Below, piece by piece: positions 7,999-17,602 of a DNA stretch of 26,361 nucleotides. Made by a program: the position numbers and the translations under genes. This DNA is from a virus (taxonomy: Duplodnaviria; Caudoviricetes): positions 1 through 26,361 of IMG/VR virus record IMGVR_UViG_3300042399_000926; one strand, written 5' to 3'. Every line of letters begins with the position of its first letter. The stretch's first letter is position 1. The notes under the pieces were generated by a model. That model was not told the DNA's origin. It worked only from the letters and a program-made list of their open reading frames with translations, and ran no database searches.

Positions 7999-8966
7999 GT
8001 TGGTTGCTCCATTCCAATAAAGGTCTTGATATTGTAATACGCAGGGTTGTCCATGTCACCAAAAATCTCTCTATTATCTAATAAATCTTGGACAATCTGC
8101 TTCACCCCACAGGTAGGTGAGAATCCTAAAACCGTCTTTGCTTTATCACAATTAACCTTATAGTTGCGAACATCCTTAACATTATTGTTAATAATTTTTA
8201 AATTTGTTTTTGTGGTGGCTTCTATTGTATTTTTTACAATATCAGCAATCTGTCCAATAGTGCAGTTATCCGAAGCAACATTGAAAACACCAGAGATCGT
8301 AGGATCACATTCAATTGCTCGGATGTAAGCAGAAACACAATCCCTGATGGACAAGATGGGTCTCCAAATTGCAGGATTACTCATGGTAATTGTTCCCGTA
8401 GACATTGCAGTCTTGAACATAGCATTGACCACTAGGTCAAATCGCATACGAGGACTTACTCCCGATACTGTACCTTTTCTAAAAGCAATTACTGAGAATG
8501 AATCATCTGCCAATTGCAGTACTGACTTCTCTCCCTGTAACTTAGAGATACCATATGGATAGACTGCTGTAGTAGGGCCAGTCTCATCATAAAACTGATC
8601 AACTGCATATCCATAAACAGAGCAACTACTAGCATATACCATACGCTTCACTCCTGCTTTCTTTGCAATATAAGCAAGGTAAGCAGGGCTAGCGGAGTTA
8701 GAAATAAAGTTCTTCGCTGGCGAATAGTCAGCCATAGGATCGTTGGAAAGTCCAGCAACAAAGACAACCGAATCAAATCCCTCAAGATCTTTCTGCGTTA
8801 GGTCAAACACATCAGCAACCTTTGCCTTCTCTTTCAGTACTTGCGGTAGATTATTACCAAACCACATAAGATCTACTACACGAACATCATATCCGCGTTC
8901 ATGTAGTTTAGTTGAAAGTAGAGTTCCAATGTATCCCGCACCGCCTACAATCATAACTTTATTCAT
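7995..8966 (-). CDS. NAD-dependent nucleotide-sugar epimerase/reductase (extended SDR)
   Basis: GGAGYIG, ASSCSVYG, YGISK, SPRMRFDLVVN. Confidence 0.88.
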   Translation of the reverse strand: MNKVMIVGGAGYIGTLLSTKLHERGYDVRVVDLMWFGNNLPQVLKEKAKVADVFDLTQKDLEGFDSVVFVAGLSNDPMADYSPAKNFISNSASPAYLAYIAKKAGVKRMVYASSCSVYGYAVDQFYDETGPTTAVYPYGISKLQGEKSVLQLADDSFSVIAFRKGTVSGVSPRMRFDLVVNAMFKTAMSTGTITMSNPAIWRPILSIRDCVSAYIRAIECDPTISGVFNVASDNCTIGQIADIVKNTIEATTKTNLKIINNNVKDVRNYKVNCDKAKTVLGFSPTCGVKQIVQDLLDNREIFGDMDNPAYYNIKTFIGMEQPT

Positions 8967-8967
8967 T

Positions 8968-9207
8968 TTAATTATCCTTTTCTTGTTCTAGATTTTTTGT
9001 TGTTACCTTTACTTTACCCCAAAAAATATAATTCCATATTCTTTCGTAAAAGTAGTAAATAAACAGACCTGTTATGTTCATATAGATTGCGTTAGTCAAG
9101 GGTTTATCTGTTAAAGCAGAAGTCAAAATAGCAAAACTGTTTGCGGTTGCGATTACCCTCCACAATATTGATTTTGTCCAACTTCTTGTTTTTGTTTCAC
9201 GATACAT
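8968..9207 (-). CDS. DUF2061-like small membrane protein
   Basis: ETKTRSWTKSILWR ... YYFYERIW with hydrophobic segments. Confidence 0.75.
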   Translation of the reverse strand: MYRETKTRSWTKSILWRVIATANSFAILTSALTDKPLTNAIYMNITGLFIYYFYERIWNYIFWGKVKVTTKNLEQEKDN

Positions 9208-10081
9208 TTTGTATTTTTCTTTCCATAATATAATTTACTATTCGATCTACTGCATCATATGTATTGATAGAAGGAGCGTATCCATACGATAATAACTTGA
9301 TATTGTCTAAATGCATATCTTTGCTCTGAACTACCTTATGAAAATCCGGAGGTTCCACGCTAATAATCTTGCCATTACCTCCCATGCGTTTTTGAGCGTA
9401 ACGAACAAGTTCTCCTATGGTATGAGGATCTGAATTACTGATATTAATGGTTTCTCCGATTGAAGCATTTTCAATGCATTTCATAATAGCCCGACAAGCA
9501 TCTATGATATGCATAAAATCTCGCATATCCGATCCATCATTGTATAATTTTACTTCTTTGTTATCGAATAAAGTTTCAATCAAATACTGCAAGGCATTTC
9601 TTTTGATTGATACTTCTGTTGCATTTTCTCCAATGATATTAGTCAAACGAAGAATACGATACTTCATCTTAAAGGTATCACAGTATGATACCAACAATCT
9701 TTCTGCTGCATATTTTGTGATTGAGTAGAATCCTTCAGGATGACATTCATCTGTTTCCATGACAGGAAACTTATTCTTTTTTCCATATACAAACCAAGAA
9801 CTAATAAAGTTAAATGTGCAGGTTCTACTACTATTTTTACAAGCCTCTAATACATCAATCAACTTGGTTAAATTGGTATCAATGTCTAGGTGTGGATTAT
9901 CAAATACATGGTAGTTGTGGTTTGTACTGATAAAATATAGCACCTCATCGGACATTGGTGTATTTTGATCTCTTGGTATCTGTATTGTTTGTGATGGAAA
10001 CGCCGATAGAAAGGAACTTCCAATAAAGCCTGATCCCCCATAGACTGATATTTTATTATTGTTGTTCATAACAGTTTTCAA
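9197..10081 (-). CDS. NAD-dependent nucleotide-sugar epimerase/4-reductase (extended SDR)
   Basis: GGSGFIG, ISSWFVYG, YSITK, RDFMHI. Start is TTG 10081 or ATG 10069. Confidence 0.85.
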   Translation of the reverse strand: MKTVMNNNNKISVYGGSGFIGSSFLSAFPSQTIQIPRDQNTPMSDEVLYFISTNHNYHVFDNPHLDIDTNLTKLIDVLEACKNSSRTCTFNFISSWFVYGKKNKFPVMETDECHPEGFYSITKYAAERLLVSYCDTFKMKYRILRLTNIIGENATEVSIKRNALQYLIETLFDNKEVKLYNDGSDMRDFMHIIDACRAIMKCIENASIGETINISNSDPHTIGELVRYAQKRMGGNGKIISVEPPDFHKVVQSKDMHLDNIKLLSYGYAPSINTYDAVDRIVNYIMERKIQNVS

Positions 10082-10869
10082 AGTTTCTGTATGTTGCTTC
10101 TATACCAAGTTTCGCCAGGATAGAAATTAGGTGTCTCCATTCCTGGTATTGTTTTTTGTGCAAACCCTCTAGAAATTCCACACCCATCATTTGTACCAGT
10201 TGGATCAGGTTCCATCTTGCTTTCCATAAACTCACGATTGAATGCACTATACTTACTATTGCTGTGGGTTCTTGTATTTTTACCAGGAAGACACGCATCA
10301 TCAGTATTGTATGGCATCTTATTGGTGCCATAATTACGCATATGTTTATTGTGAAGATTTTGATATCTCCACATCCAATCATAATCTTCTTCTCCGAATC
10401 CAACAAGCCTCTCATCAAAAAATCCAATTTTTTCTACATCTATAAGGTCTTTTCGATACATACAAAAATGTCCCCAATGAGTATTGATTCTAAATGATTC
10501 GTCACCTAATTGGTGATTGTGTGCCAACATATTTTCAAAATCATCAAAAAATCCATCAAGAACAATTACATCATCGCTTAATACAAGCACATATTCCCCA
10601 CTTGTATAGTTGATTGAGTTGTTCCACATGAACGCACACCCACGCACGATGGGAGACATCAACAGAAAGGTATTCGAAAAATACGATGCGTACTGAAGCA
10701 TCTCTCTACGATAGTTTTCGTCAAACTTTTCTTTGTGCTGTCCGTTGACAAAAACAACCTTCTCTACATTAGGTCTTTGTTTGTGTACTCTTGCCAAGAG
10801 GGGTTTGAAGTATGGTTCAAACCGATGGACATAAGTTTGGATGGTAATGCTATATGAGGGAATCTTCAT
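10078..10869 (-). CDS. GT-A fold (GT2-like) glycosyltransferase
   Basis: WN...YVLVLSDD, IGFFDERLVGFGEED. ATG 10869 overlaps the upstream TGA (ATGA). Confidence 0.8.
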   Translation of the reverse strand: MKIPSYSITIQTYVHRFEPYFKPLLARVHKQRPNVEKVVFVNGQHKEKFDENYRREMLQYASYFSNTFLLMSPIVRGCAFMWNNSINYTSGEYVLVLSDDVIVLDGFFDDFENMLAHNHQLGDESFRINTHWGHFCMYRKDLIDVEKIGFFDERLVGFGEEDYDWMWRYQNLHNKHMRNYGTNKMPYNTDDACLPGKNTRTHSNSKYSAFNREFMESKMEPDPTGTNDGCGISRGFAQKTIPGMETPNFYPGETWYRSNIQKL

Positions 10870-11651
10870 AATGTATGCTCTTCTTTTAACAAAGCCTTGT
10901 ATGTTTCGCGGATGCCTGTTCGTAATCCTATGGTATTTATTGGTAGAGATTCGCCATCCCCACAATAAACTCCCAACTTTCCAACTTCTTCTACTATAAT
11001 TGGAACTTTATGTGTTCCTAACTCATTGATCATAGCCGCGATATTAGTGAGGGTATATTTGTCGGCATATGAGCAATTTACTTCTTTAGAGGGGCTATCT
11101 GTCATAAGATAGTGATCAACCAAAGAAACCAAGTCTTTCATATAGAAGAAATCCATCAATCTATTTGAATGTATCAGCATTGGCTCCTTTCTCAAATACC
11201 GTATTAAGTTTCCCTTAATGAAACGGGTATTCAATTCGTTTTCATCAAACACCGCAAATATGCGTAAGTTGTACCAGTTGGCTGTTGCCTGTATAGAGTC
11301 CGCAATAATTCGTTTACTTATACCATATGGAGTATCGGGAGCAAATGTTTCGGCACCGGAACCAAAGGTTATAAATCTTCCAAAACTATTTCTGTTAGCC
11401 AATAAGTTGTAGTGCATCAGAAGGTTCTGTCTTATCACTCGTTCATCCTCTGTCTGTAGACGGCTTCCTCCTACTATTGCCGTATGAATAACCACATCAA
11501 ACCATTTACCTTGAAACCACTTTTTGACTTCTACTGAATCAGTAAGATCAAAATTCAATCTAGTGATATTGGTAATGTCGTGTGATGAATTCAACCCTCG
11601 GTTTAGACTTGAAGCAATGTAACCATTACCACCTGTAATTAATACCTTCAT
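10866..11651 (-). CDS. NAD-dependent epimerase/reductase (extended SDR)
   Basis: ITGGNGYIA, VIHTA, FGSGAE, YGISK, DFFYMKD. Confidence 0.85.
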   Translation of the reverse strand: MKVLITGGNGYIASSLNRGLNSSHDITNITRLNFDLTDSVEVKKWFQGKWFDVVIHTAIVGGSRLQTEDERVIRQNLLMHYNLLANRNSFGRFITFGSGAETFAPDTPYGISKRIIADSIQATANWYNLRIFAVFDENELNTRFIKGNLIRYLRKEPMLIHSNRLMDFFYMKDLVSLVDHYLMTDSPSKEVNCSYADKYTLTNIAAMINELGTHKVPIIVEEVGKLGVYCGDGESLPINTIGLRTGIRETYKALLKEEHTL

Positions 11652-12595
11652 GGCAAATATCTCCCAATTAGTTTGATCATGCCCACATGAGTATTTGATA
11701 CGGTGGAATTACTGATCATAATTAATTTACCCGTATAGTAGTGCGAAAAAAGTTGTTTCAAAATTGGAAGTTTATTTGGTATACCTCCAACCAAACGAAT
11801 CTTGGTCTTTGTTGGCAAAATCAGATGAGATGCATACTGCAATACAAAACACCGAAGAATAGATCCCAATAGATTTGTAAGCGTGAATCCTTCTTCAAGA
11901 ATACCTTGAATGGAGCCGCCACCTAAAAAGTCTTTGGCTTGCGGAAACACATTCAGATCCACAGTCAGATTGCTATCGTAGACTTGCTGTTCTGTGATTC
12001 TATCCAACTGCTCAAAGAAATCAACACCAAATGCAGCAAAGAATTTTTCAAACACTAGAAAGGCTCTTCCTGCGGGAAAAAATTTAACAATATTGATGCC
12101 CGATTCGGTTCTGTGTATTACTTGTGACCCAGTACCAATGTTAATTACATACTCATCTTCCTGTAGATCCAATGATTCAACTACGCAGTTTGTATCACCA
12201 AGAGGACTATAAACCACCACCCCCTTCACAAAACCAATAGGTAGAAGTCTATCAACATCACCCCCATGATGACAATGCAGATGATAGGTTGGTTCATCTG
12301 CAAATAATCCGCCTATCAGACAATACTTCTTTGGAGCAGCAACGATGGATTTCCAAGAATAGTATGTGTCGCCAATCCATCCTCCCCCAAGAATACTGCA
12401 CACCACGATTGCTTCGACAGGAAGATGCTGTTCAACAATCTCTTCAAGAATCCGAAACAAATCACACTTGGAAATGATATTGCTTCCCTGAAATGGAGAT
12501 ACCGTAGATACCATGTTTCCATGCTTATCATCAGAACTGTCATAGATCATCGTCTTTATAAACGATGCTCCAAAATCAATCAGCAAGTATCGCAT
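11648..12595 (-). CDS. Compact FGGY/ASKHA-type sugar kinase-like protein
   Basis: LIDFGASFIK phosphate-1 motif, LGDT, INIGTGSQ, PAGR, LVGG. Shorter than typical FGGY kinases. Confidence 0.65.
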   Translation of the reverse strand: MRYLLIDFGASFIKTMIYDSSDDKHGNMVSTVSPFQGSNIISKCDLFRILEEIVEQHLPVEAIVVCSILGGGWIGDTYYSWKSIVAAPKKYCLIGGLFADEPTYHLHCHHGGDVDRLLPIGFVKGVVVYSPLGDTNCVVESLDLQEDEYVINIGTGSQVIHRTESGINIVKFFPAGRAFLVFEKFFAAFGVDFFEQLDRITEQQVYDSNLTVDLNVFPQAKDFLGGGSIQGILEEGFTLTNLLGSILRCFVLQYASHLILPTKTKIRLVGGIPNKLPILKQLFSHYYTGKLIMISNSTVSNTHVGMIKLIGRYLP

Positions 12596-13601
12596 TTACT
12601 CTATCCTTGACATCATCATTTATTGCACTTCTAACAAACACCGTTTCGCCTACAGATGGAGTCACTACAAATGTGATCATCCCATTTGAGATCTTTTTAT
12701 CGGTCTTCAAGGCGCGAATCAAGGCATCAATATCAATCCTCTTTAATCGTTTTAAAGAAGTAAACCTCTCAACCACATCCGTTATCAGCGAGGAGTTTGT
12801 GAATAGGCGATTGATCAACTCTATTCCTAGCAACACGGCTTCTCCGTGAGGGATCTCATAGTTCATCACAGACTCAATTGCGTGACCAAACGAATGCCCA
12901 TAGTTCAGAGATTTCCTCTCTCGGATTTCAAACTCATCCACTTCGACTATGGCTTTCTTGATTGAAAGTGAGTGGTATATGGTAGTTTCAATATCAAACG
13001 CATCAAAGTTATTGATGTAGTAACTGCCGCCGGTAATAAACAACTTAGCGATTTCGCCATAGCCAGAAATCATATCGCGTTCCGACAGAGTTTTTAAGAA
13101 AGAGACATCAATCACGACTTTCTTTGGTGCGGAGAAGAGAGCCAACTGATTCTTATAGTTCTTGAAATTCAATGCCGTCTTTCCACCAATACAACTGTCG
13201 GATTGAGAAAGCAAGGTAGTAGGTACATATACCCATTCAATACCTCTCTTGAATGTCTTTGCGGTATATGCTCCTATGTCCTGCACAATACCACCACCGA
13301 TGACAATCAAAGTTTGACCTCTATCAAACTCATACTGCAACAACTGTTCACATACACGCAGAACCGTGTCTATATTCTTGTTTTCTTCAATGGCTTCCAC
13401 CTCTATCAACTTGTGATGAGAGATGCCATAGAGTTCCCTTACGCGCTTGTCAACTAAAACAACTTGGTTATTGGTGAACTTGTTTTCAAACGGCTCAAAC
13501 ACTACTTTGTAATCCGTAGGATGAGAACGGATTGTCAGTTCATTTGAACGCTCGGTTTCTAATGCAAATGTTGTTCCATCAATAACAAATGTATTAGTCA
13601 T
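12576..13601 (-). CDS. AroB/3-dehydroquinate synthase-related sugar-phosphate cyclase/phospholyase
   Basis: IGGGIVQD, PTTLLSQSDSCIGGKTALN, KNQ, GEIAK, LNYGHSFGHAIE, HGEAV, DKK. Confidence 0.85.
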   Translation of the reverse strand: MTNTFVIDGTTFALETERSNELTIRSHPTDYKVVFEPFENKFTNNQVVLVDKRVRELYGISHHKLIEVEAIEENKNIDTVLRVCEQLLQYEFDRGQTLIVIGGGIVQDIGAYTAKTFKRGIEWVYVPTTLLSQSDSCIGGKTALNFKNYKNQLALFSAPKKVVIDVSFLKTLSERDMISGYGEIAKLFITGGSYYINNFDAFDIETTIYHSLSIKKAIVEVDEFEIRERKSLNYGHSFGHAIESVMNYEIPHGEAVLLGIELINRLFTNSSLITDVVERFTSLKRLKRIDIDALIRALKTDKKISNGMITFVVTPSVGETVFVRSAINDDVKDRVNAILAD

Positions 13602-13602
13602 G

Positions 13603-14235
13603 TCATGCTCCCTTTAGCGAATAGCCACCATCAACTATTAGGTTTTGACCCGTAATTGCTGTGTTGATGGACAGCAAGTATACGCACAAAGACGCAATCT
13701 GGTCTGCATCTACCAATCCCAACGGGATAGTAGAGTTAAGATAACGAATCCTATCCTCTGTGTTGTTCTTTCTTGTCATAGGAGTATCAACAAATCCAGG
13801 AGACACCATGTTTACCTTGATCTGCTGCTTTGCTTTTTCCAAGGCTATTGTCTTTACTGCTGCATATAGAGCGTGTTTGGACATGGCATACTGAATGCGT
13901 TCTTCTTTTGTTTCTGTTGCGTACAGAGATCCAATAGCAACTATGCTGCTACGCGGGGCAAATCGCAGTTTAGAGCAAAGCGATACAAAACTCATGGTGT
14001 TTATTGCAAATAGGCGAGAGAATGAATCAAGATCCATCTCGTCATGCTTTGATAGTAGATTGATACCAGCACAATGAACAAGCCCATTTACCTCTGGATA
14101 TAATGAACAATCAAAATTGTTTCCTAAATCTAGTTCTGTCGAAGAGGGAGCAATTACTTCCATTCCATTACGCTCAAATGCTGTGCGTATTACTGTTCCT
14201 ATTCCACCTTTTCCACCTGTCAAAAATACTCGCAT
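13603..14235 (-). CDS. Classical short-chain dehydrogenase/reductase
   Basis: TGGKGGIG, CAGIN, YAMSK, VSPGFVDT, ITGQNLIVDGG. GGAGG SD before ATG 14235. Confidence 0.9.
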   Translation of the reverse strand: MRVFLTGGKGGIGTVIRTAFERNGMEVIAPSSTELDLGNNFDCSLYPEVNGLVHCAGINLLSKHDEMDLDSFSRLFAINTMSFVSLCSKLRFAPRSSIVAIGSLYATETKEERIQYAMSKHALYAAVKTIALEKAKQQIKVNMVSPGFVDTPMTRKNNTEDRIRYLNSTIPLGLVDADQIASLCVYLLSINTAITGQNLIVDGGYSLKGA

Positions 14236-14251
14236 AAAACCTCCCAATGAG

Positions 14252-15988
14252 TTAGAAGGTATCAGAAATGTACATATCTGTCAAGGTGCCGGGAATAATT
14301 TTTCCATCCTTGTCTATACCCTTGTGAACTACCTTTGGTTCGTGTCTCTCTTTGGGATGCGTGAAAACCTCCACAAAACAAGGGCCGTCCATTTCCATCA
14401 TGCCTAATAGAACTTTTTCAATTTCATCATTAGACCGAATACTCATATATGGTAGTCCAAAAGCAGTTGCTACCTTTTCATAACAAGGAATTGTAACTCC
14501 GGTTGTTTTGCTACTTGCAAATTCAGCCCCATTGAAGAACGATTCCTGTGTAAGTTTTATCGATAGATAACCATCGTTGTTCACAACCAGTATCTTCAAA
14601 GGAAGATTATATCCAACAACTGTTTCCAATTCTTGGAGATTCATCATTAAACTCCCATCCCCCTCTACACAGATTACTGGCTGCTTTTTGTTAGCCATAC
14701 AAGCACCTATTGCAGCGGGTAACCCATAACCCATGCTGGCACACCCTACATTTGTGAAGAGTCTTTGTCCTTTATTGAGGCAATATGTCTGCAAAGTGAC
14801 TACATGGGCGGTTCCATTGCTTGTGACTATGGGAGTTGATCCAAAGATTTTTGGTGCCTTGTTCATTAGATAGTATAAACTAGCGTACTCTTTCAACCCC
14901 TCATGCTTGGGATAGAAATATCTCTGTTGCTTCCGTAGTTCCAATACATGACTCTGCCATTCCGAAATGTTCAAAGTCAAGTTACTACCATCAAAGAGAT
15001 CAAACAAATTCGATAAATTTCCGACTATAGGAAGATCAATCTTAAACTTATGCTTGTTTATTTCATTTGGATCTATGTCAACAATAACTTTTTTAGAAAG
15101 CGGTGAAAACTCTGCTACATTATAGCCCGTCATCTTAACAGGCAATCGTGTTCCCAATCCAATCAACAGATCTGCTTCTTGGACAATTTGATTTGATGTC
15201 ATCTGACCAAGAATGCCGATTCTTCCACAGTAGTTTGGAAGAGTGTTGTCAACTACATCAACACCCGAATGCGGGCCAGTAACCACAGGTATACCGGTTG
15301 CAGTTAAGAATGAATTGAGTTTGTCATAACAACCTGACAATCGCACCCCATTGCCAGCAATAATCAAGGGCTTACTTGAGGACTGCAACAAAGAAACAAG
15401 TTGTTCGACTTGTTCTCTGTTGATAGTTGATGAAGGCAAATCGTAGGTTGAGATATGACATTCATCAGGATTAATATTTGCACCTTGTACATCCAAAGGA
15501 ATGTCGATCCAAACCGGACCAGGTCTTCCTTCTAATGCAATCCGATATGCCTTTTCAAGTTCGGAAAGTATGTCTAGTGGATCGTTAACCATCACAGCAT
15601 ACTTTGTCATTGACTTCACAATGCCAACAATGTCAAATTCCTGATCGCCTATTTGCCTACATCCAGTTCCCGCCGACAATTGGCTGCGAGGAACTTGCCC
15701 TGAAATAATAATAGACGGGATGCTATCTAACCATAGTCCCAATAATCCTGTTATGGCATTTGTACCACCCGGACCTGTAGTTACCACACTTGCAGCCATT
15801 CGATTTGCTTGTCGATAGTATCCTTCGCTTGCCATCAAAGCGGATTGCTCATGGTGAGGACACACAACCTGCATTTTGGATCGCCGCAACGCATCGATAA
15901 GATGAATACATCCACCACCCGATACGGTAAAAGTGGTGTCTATTCCCTTATTTTCTAGGAACTTGATGACAATATCAGCAACCTTCAT
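14252..15988 (-). CDS. ThDP-dependent acetolactate-synthase-like enzyme (YerE-like sugar C-acyl transferase)
   Basis: VSGGG, HHEQ, TTGPGGTNA, RQIGDQE, GPVWIDIPLDVQ, SMGYGLPAAIG, GDGS...N ThDP motif. Lies in a sugar cluster with E1, and no ilvH/ilvC/ilvD genes are present. Confidence 0.85.
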   Translation of the reverse strand: MKVADIVIKFLENKGIDTTFTVSGGGCIHLIDALRRSKMQVVCPHHEQSALMASEGYYRQANRMAASVVTTGPGGTNAITGLLGLWLDSIPSIIISGQVPRSQLSAGTGCRQIGDQEFDIVGIVKSMTKYAVMVNDPLDILSELEKAYRIALEGRPGPVWIDIPLDVQGANINPDECHISTYDLPSSTINREQVEQLVSLLQSSSKPLIIAGNGVRLSGCYDKLNSFLTATGIPVVTGPHSGVDVVDNTLPNYCGRIGILGQMTSNQIVQEADLLIGLGTRLPVKMTGYNVAEFSPLSKKVIVDIDPNEINKHKFKIDLPIVGNLSNLFDLFDGSNLTLNISEWQSHVLELRKQQRYFYPKHEGLKEYASLYYLMNKAPKIFGSTPIVTSNGTAHVVTLQTYCLNKGQRLFTNVGCASMGYGLPAAIGACMANKKQPVICVEGDGSLMMNLQELETVVGYNLPLKILVVNNDGYLSIKLTQESFFNGAEFASSKTTGVTIPCYEKVATAFGLPYMSIRSNDEIEKVLLGMMEMDGPCFVEVFTHPKERHEPKVVHKGIDKDGKIIPGTLTDMYISDTF

Positions 15989-15989
15989 A

Positions 15990-17066
15990 TTATGAAATGT
16001 CGTTCTTGGTTAGAGGAGAATCCTTCTTGAGATCTCGAATCAATATAAAGTCGCCGTCAAAATACTGACGAGAAGTGATATGCCCAATCTCCCTTTGATA
16101 AGGAATTGCACTATAGAGATGGTCAAGCGTGATTTTAGTACCCTTCTTCAAGTCTTCCTTGAGATATAAACCACGATATAGAGCCTCCAAATAATTGGTC
16201 TCCTTATCATCTATCACTCTTCTCATCGTAGTAGAAGTACCACACATGATCTTTGCGCGATTAAAAGTCTTGAACCACTCATCAACTTGATACGGTAATG
16301 AACAATACTTGGAAACTTCCTTTTGTTCGTGGTCGGGAGGATATGGAATGTCAATATGACGCTCCCAAGTTCGTACACCCTTTGCATAGGAAATGTACAT
16401 AGATGAGTGCCAATCATGGTACTCATGCGTAGATAAACCAATTGTTAGATCGGGATACTTCTCTTTCAAGTAATCAATTTGATCCAACTCTAGTTCATTA
16501 TCTTCGCTAGGGTATTTTGACACGCAATGGTTTATGGCGATGGATATTTTTCTATTAGTAAAGAATGTTACGACATCATCTATCTGCTTATCGTTTGCGC
16601 CACCAGTAGAGAGGATAACTGGTTTCTTTGTATCTGCAATCTTGTTGAGTAGAATCCAATCATTGATATCGGAACTTGCAACTTTGATGATTGGTAGATT
16701 CATCTCTACACACCAGTCAACGGACTTCTCGTCAAATGGAGTAGACATCGGAATACAGTTGTGCTTCTTGATGTAGCCAACCAATTCTTTCATCTCATTA
16801 TAGGTCAATTTTGTCTTGGATGTCTTTTGAATATATCTACTGCGCTTTGACAAAGTAGACAGATCAACGCCACTTCCATCGGTTTGGAAGTCCTTGTGGA
16901 CAAATGAATCTATATCTCTGAACTGCAACTTGATTGCAGCCTTCACTTTATTGTCCCGAACAACCTTGGCAAATTCTCGGACAATTTGCTTGCCTCGTTC
17001 AAGAGAACCCCAATGATTGTTTGCCAATTCCAAGACGAATAGATTGTCAAATACTTTACTTTTCAT
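15990..17066 (-). CDS. NeuB/SpsE-family PEP-dependent 2-keto-3-deoxy-acid synthase with C-terminal SAF-like domain
   Basis: ELANNHWG, KLQ, STPFD, KVAS, LSTG, HCVSKYP, GLSTH, ERH. Confidence 0.88.
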   Translation of the reverse strand: MKSKVFDNLFVLELANNHWGSLERGKQIVREFAKVVRDNKVKAAIKLQFRDIDSFVHKDFQTDGSGVDLSTLSKRSRYIQKTSKTKLTYNEMKELVGYIKKHNCIPMSTPFDEKSVDWCVEMNLPIIKVASSDINDWILLNKIADTKKPVILSTGGANDKQIDDVVTFFTNRKISIAINHCVSKYPSEDNELELDQIDYLKEKYPDLTIGLSTHEYHDWHSSMYISYAKGVRTWERHIDIPYPPDHEQKEVSKYCSLPYQVDEWFKTFNRAKIMCGTSTTMRRVIDDKETNYLEALYRGLYLKEDLKKGTKITLDHLYSAIPYQREIGHITSRQYFDGDFILIRDLKKDSPLTKNDIS

Positions 17067-17602
17067 CTCTTCTTTTCTGCAAAAATTGCTTTCATTGGAG
17101 GAGCGTGTACTAGATCGATTACTGCTATGATTTCATAGTTTAGGTCATTAAACCGCTGCACAAATGCATCATATAGTGCAGTTGAATGGGTTTCAAGTGC
17201 ATAATGATCAATAGAGCAAAATTCTTCATCAGATAGTTCTAAAAATACTTGTTCTGCACCTTCAATATCACATTTAATTGCTTTGGGAGCGTACTTTTTC
17301 ATTATGCTCCTGATGTCTTCTACTGTATGTACAGCCATACATTCGGGAAATACTGCCATCTTTGGGGTAATATTAGTGGTATACCAATCGATTTCTGCCG
17401 AATCTATATCAAATGCGTGTACCTCGGTGGCTCCCTGTTGAATCAAATACTCTGGTGTCGTAGGCCAATTTGGATCCCGATACTCGACAGTTTCCCATCT
17501 GCCACATCCTAAATCTAATGAAATTCGTCCTTTGCAATTAATGTATTTCCAATGTAATGATGGATTTTCGGAATTTGTTTGTTCTGTAATCATATTATGC
17601 AT
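17063..17602 (-). CDS. SAM-dependent methyltransferase (FkbM-like)
   Basis: LDLGCG, HAFD, IKCDIEGAE, LETH. Confidence 0.7.
   Translation of the reverse strand: MHNMITEQTNSENPSLHWKYINCKGRISLDLGCGRWETVEYRDPNWPTTPEYLIQQGATEVHAFDIDSAEIDWYTTNITPKMAVFPECMAVHTVEDIRSIMKKYAPKAIKCDIEGAEQVFLELSDEEFCSIDHYALETHSTALYDAFVQRFNDLNYEIIAVIDLVHAPPMKAIFAEKKR

Noticed and set aside
11648-13601. Sedoheptulose-7-phosphate cyclase route (EEVS/DDGS; gadusol or mycosporine) using the ATP-grasp as MysC
   Set aside because: The cyclase has DHQS-type LNYGH and GGK motifs, and the ATP-grasp is RimK-type and in another operon. Not fully excluded without a phylogeny.
12576-17066. Amino-acid auxiliary metabolic genes (aroB for shikimate, ilvB for branched-chain amino acids)
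   Set aside because: No other aro or ilv genes are present, and the context is entirely nucleotide-sugar.
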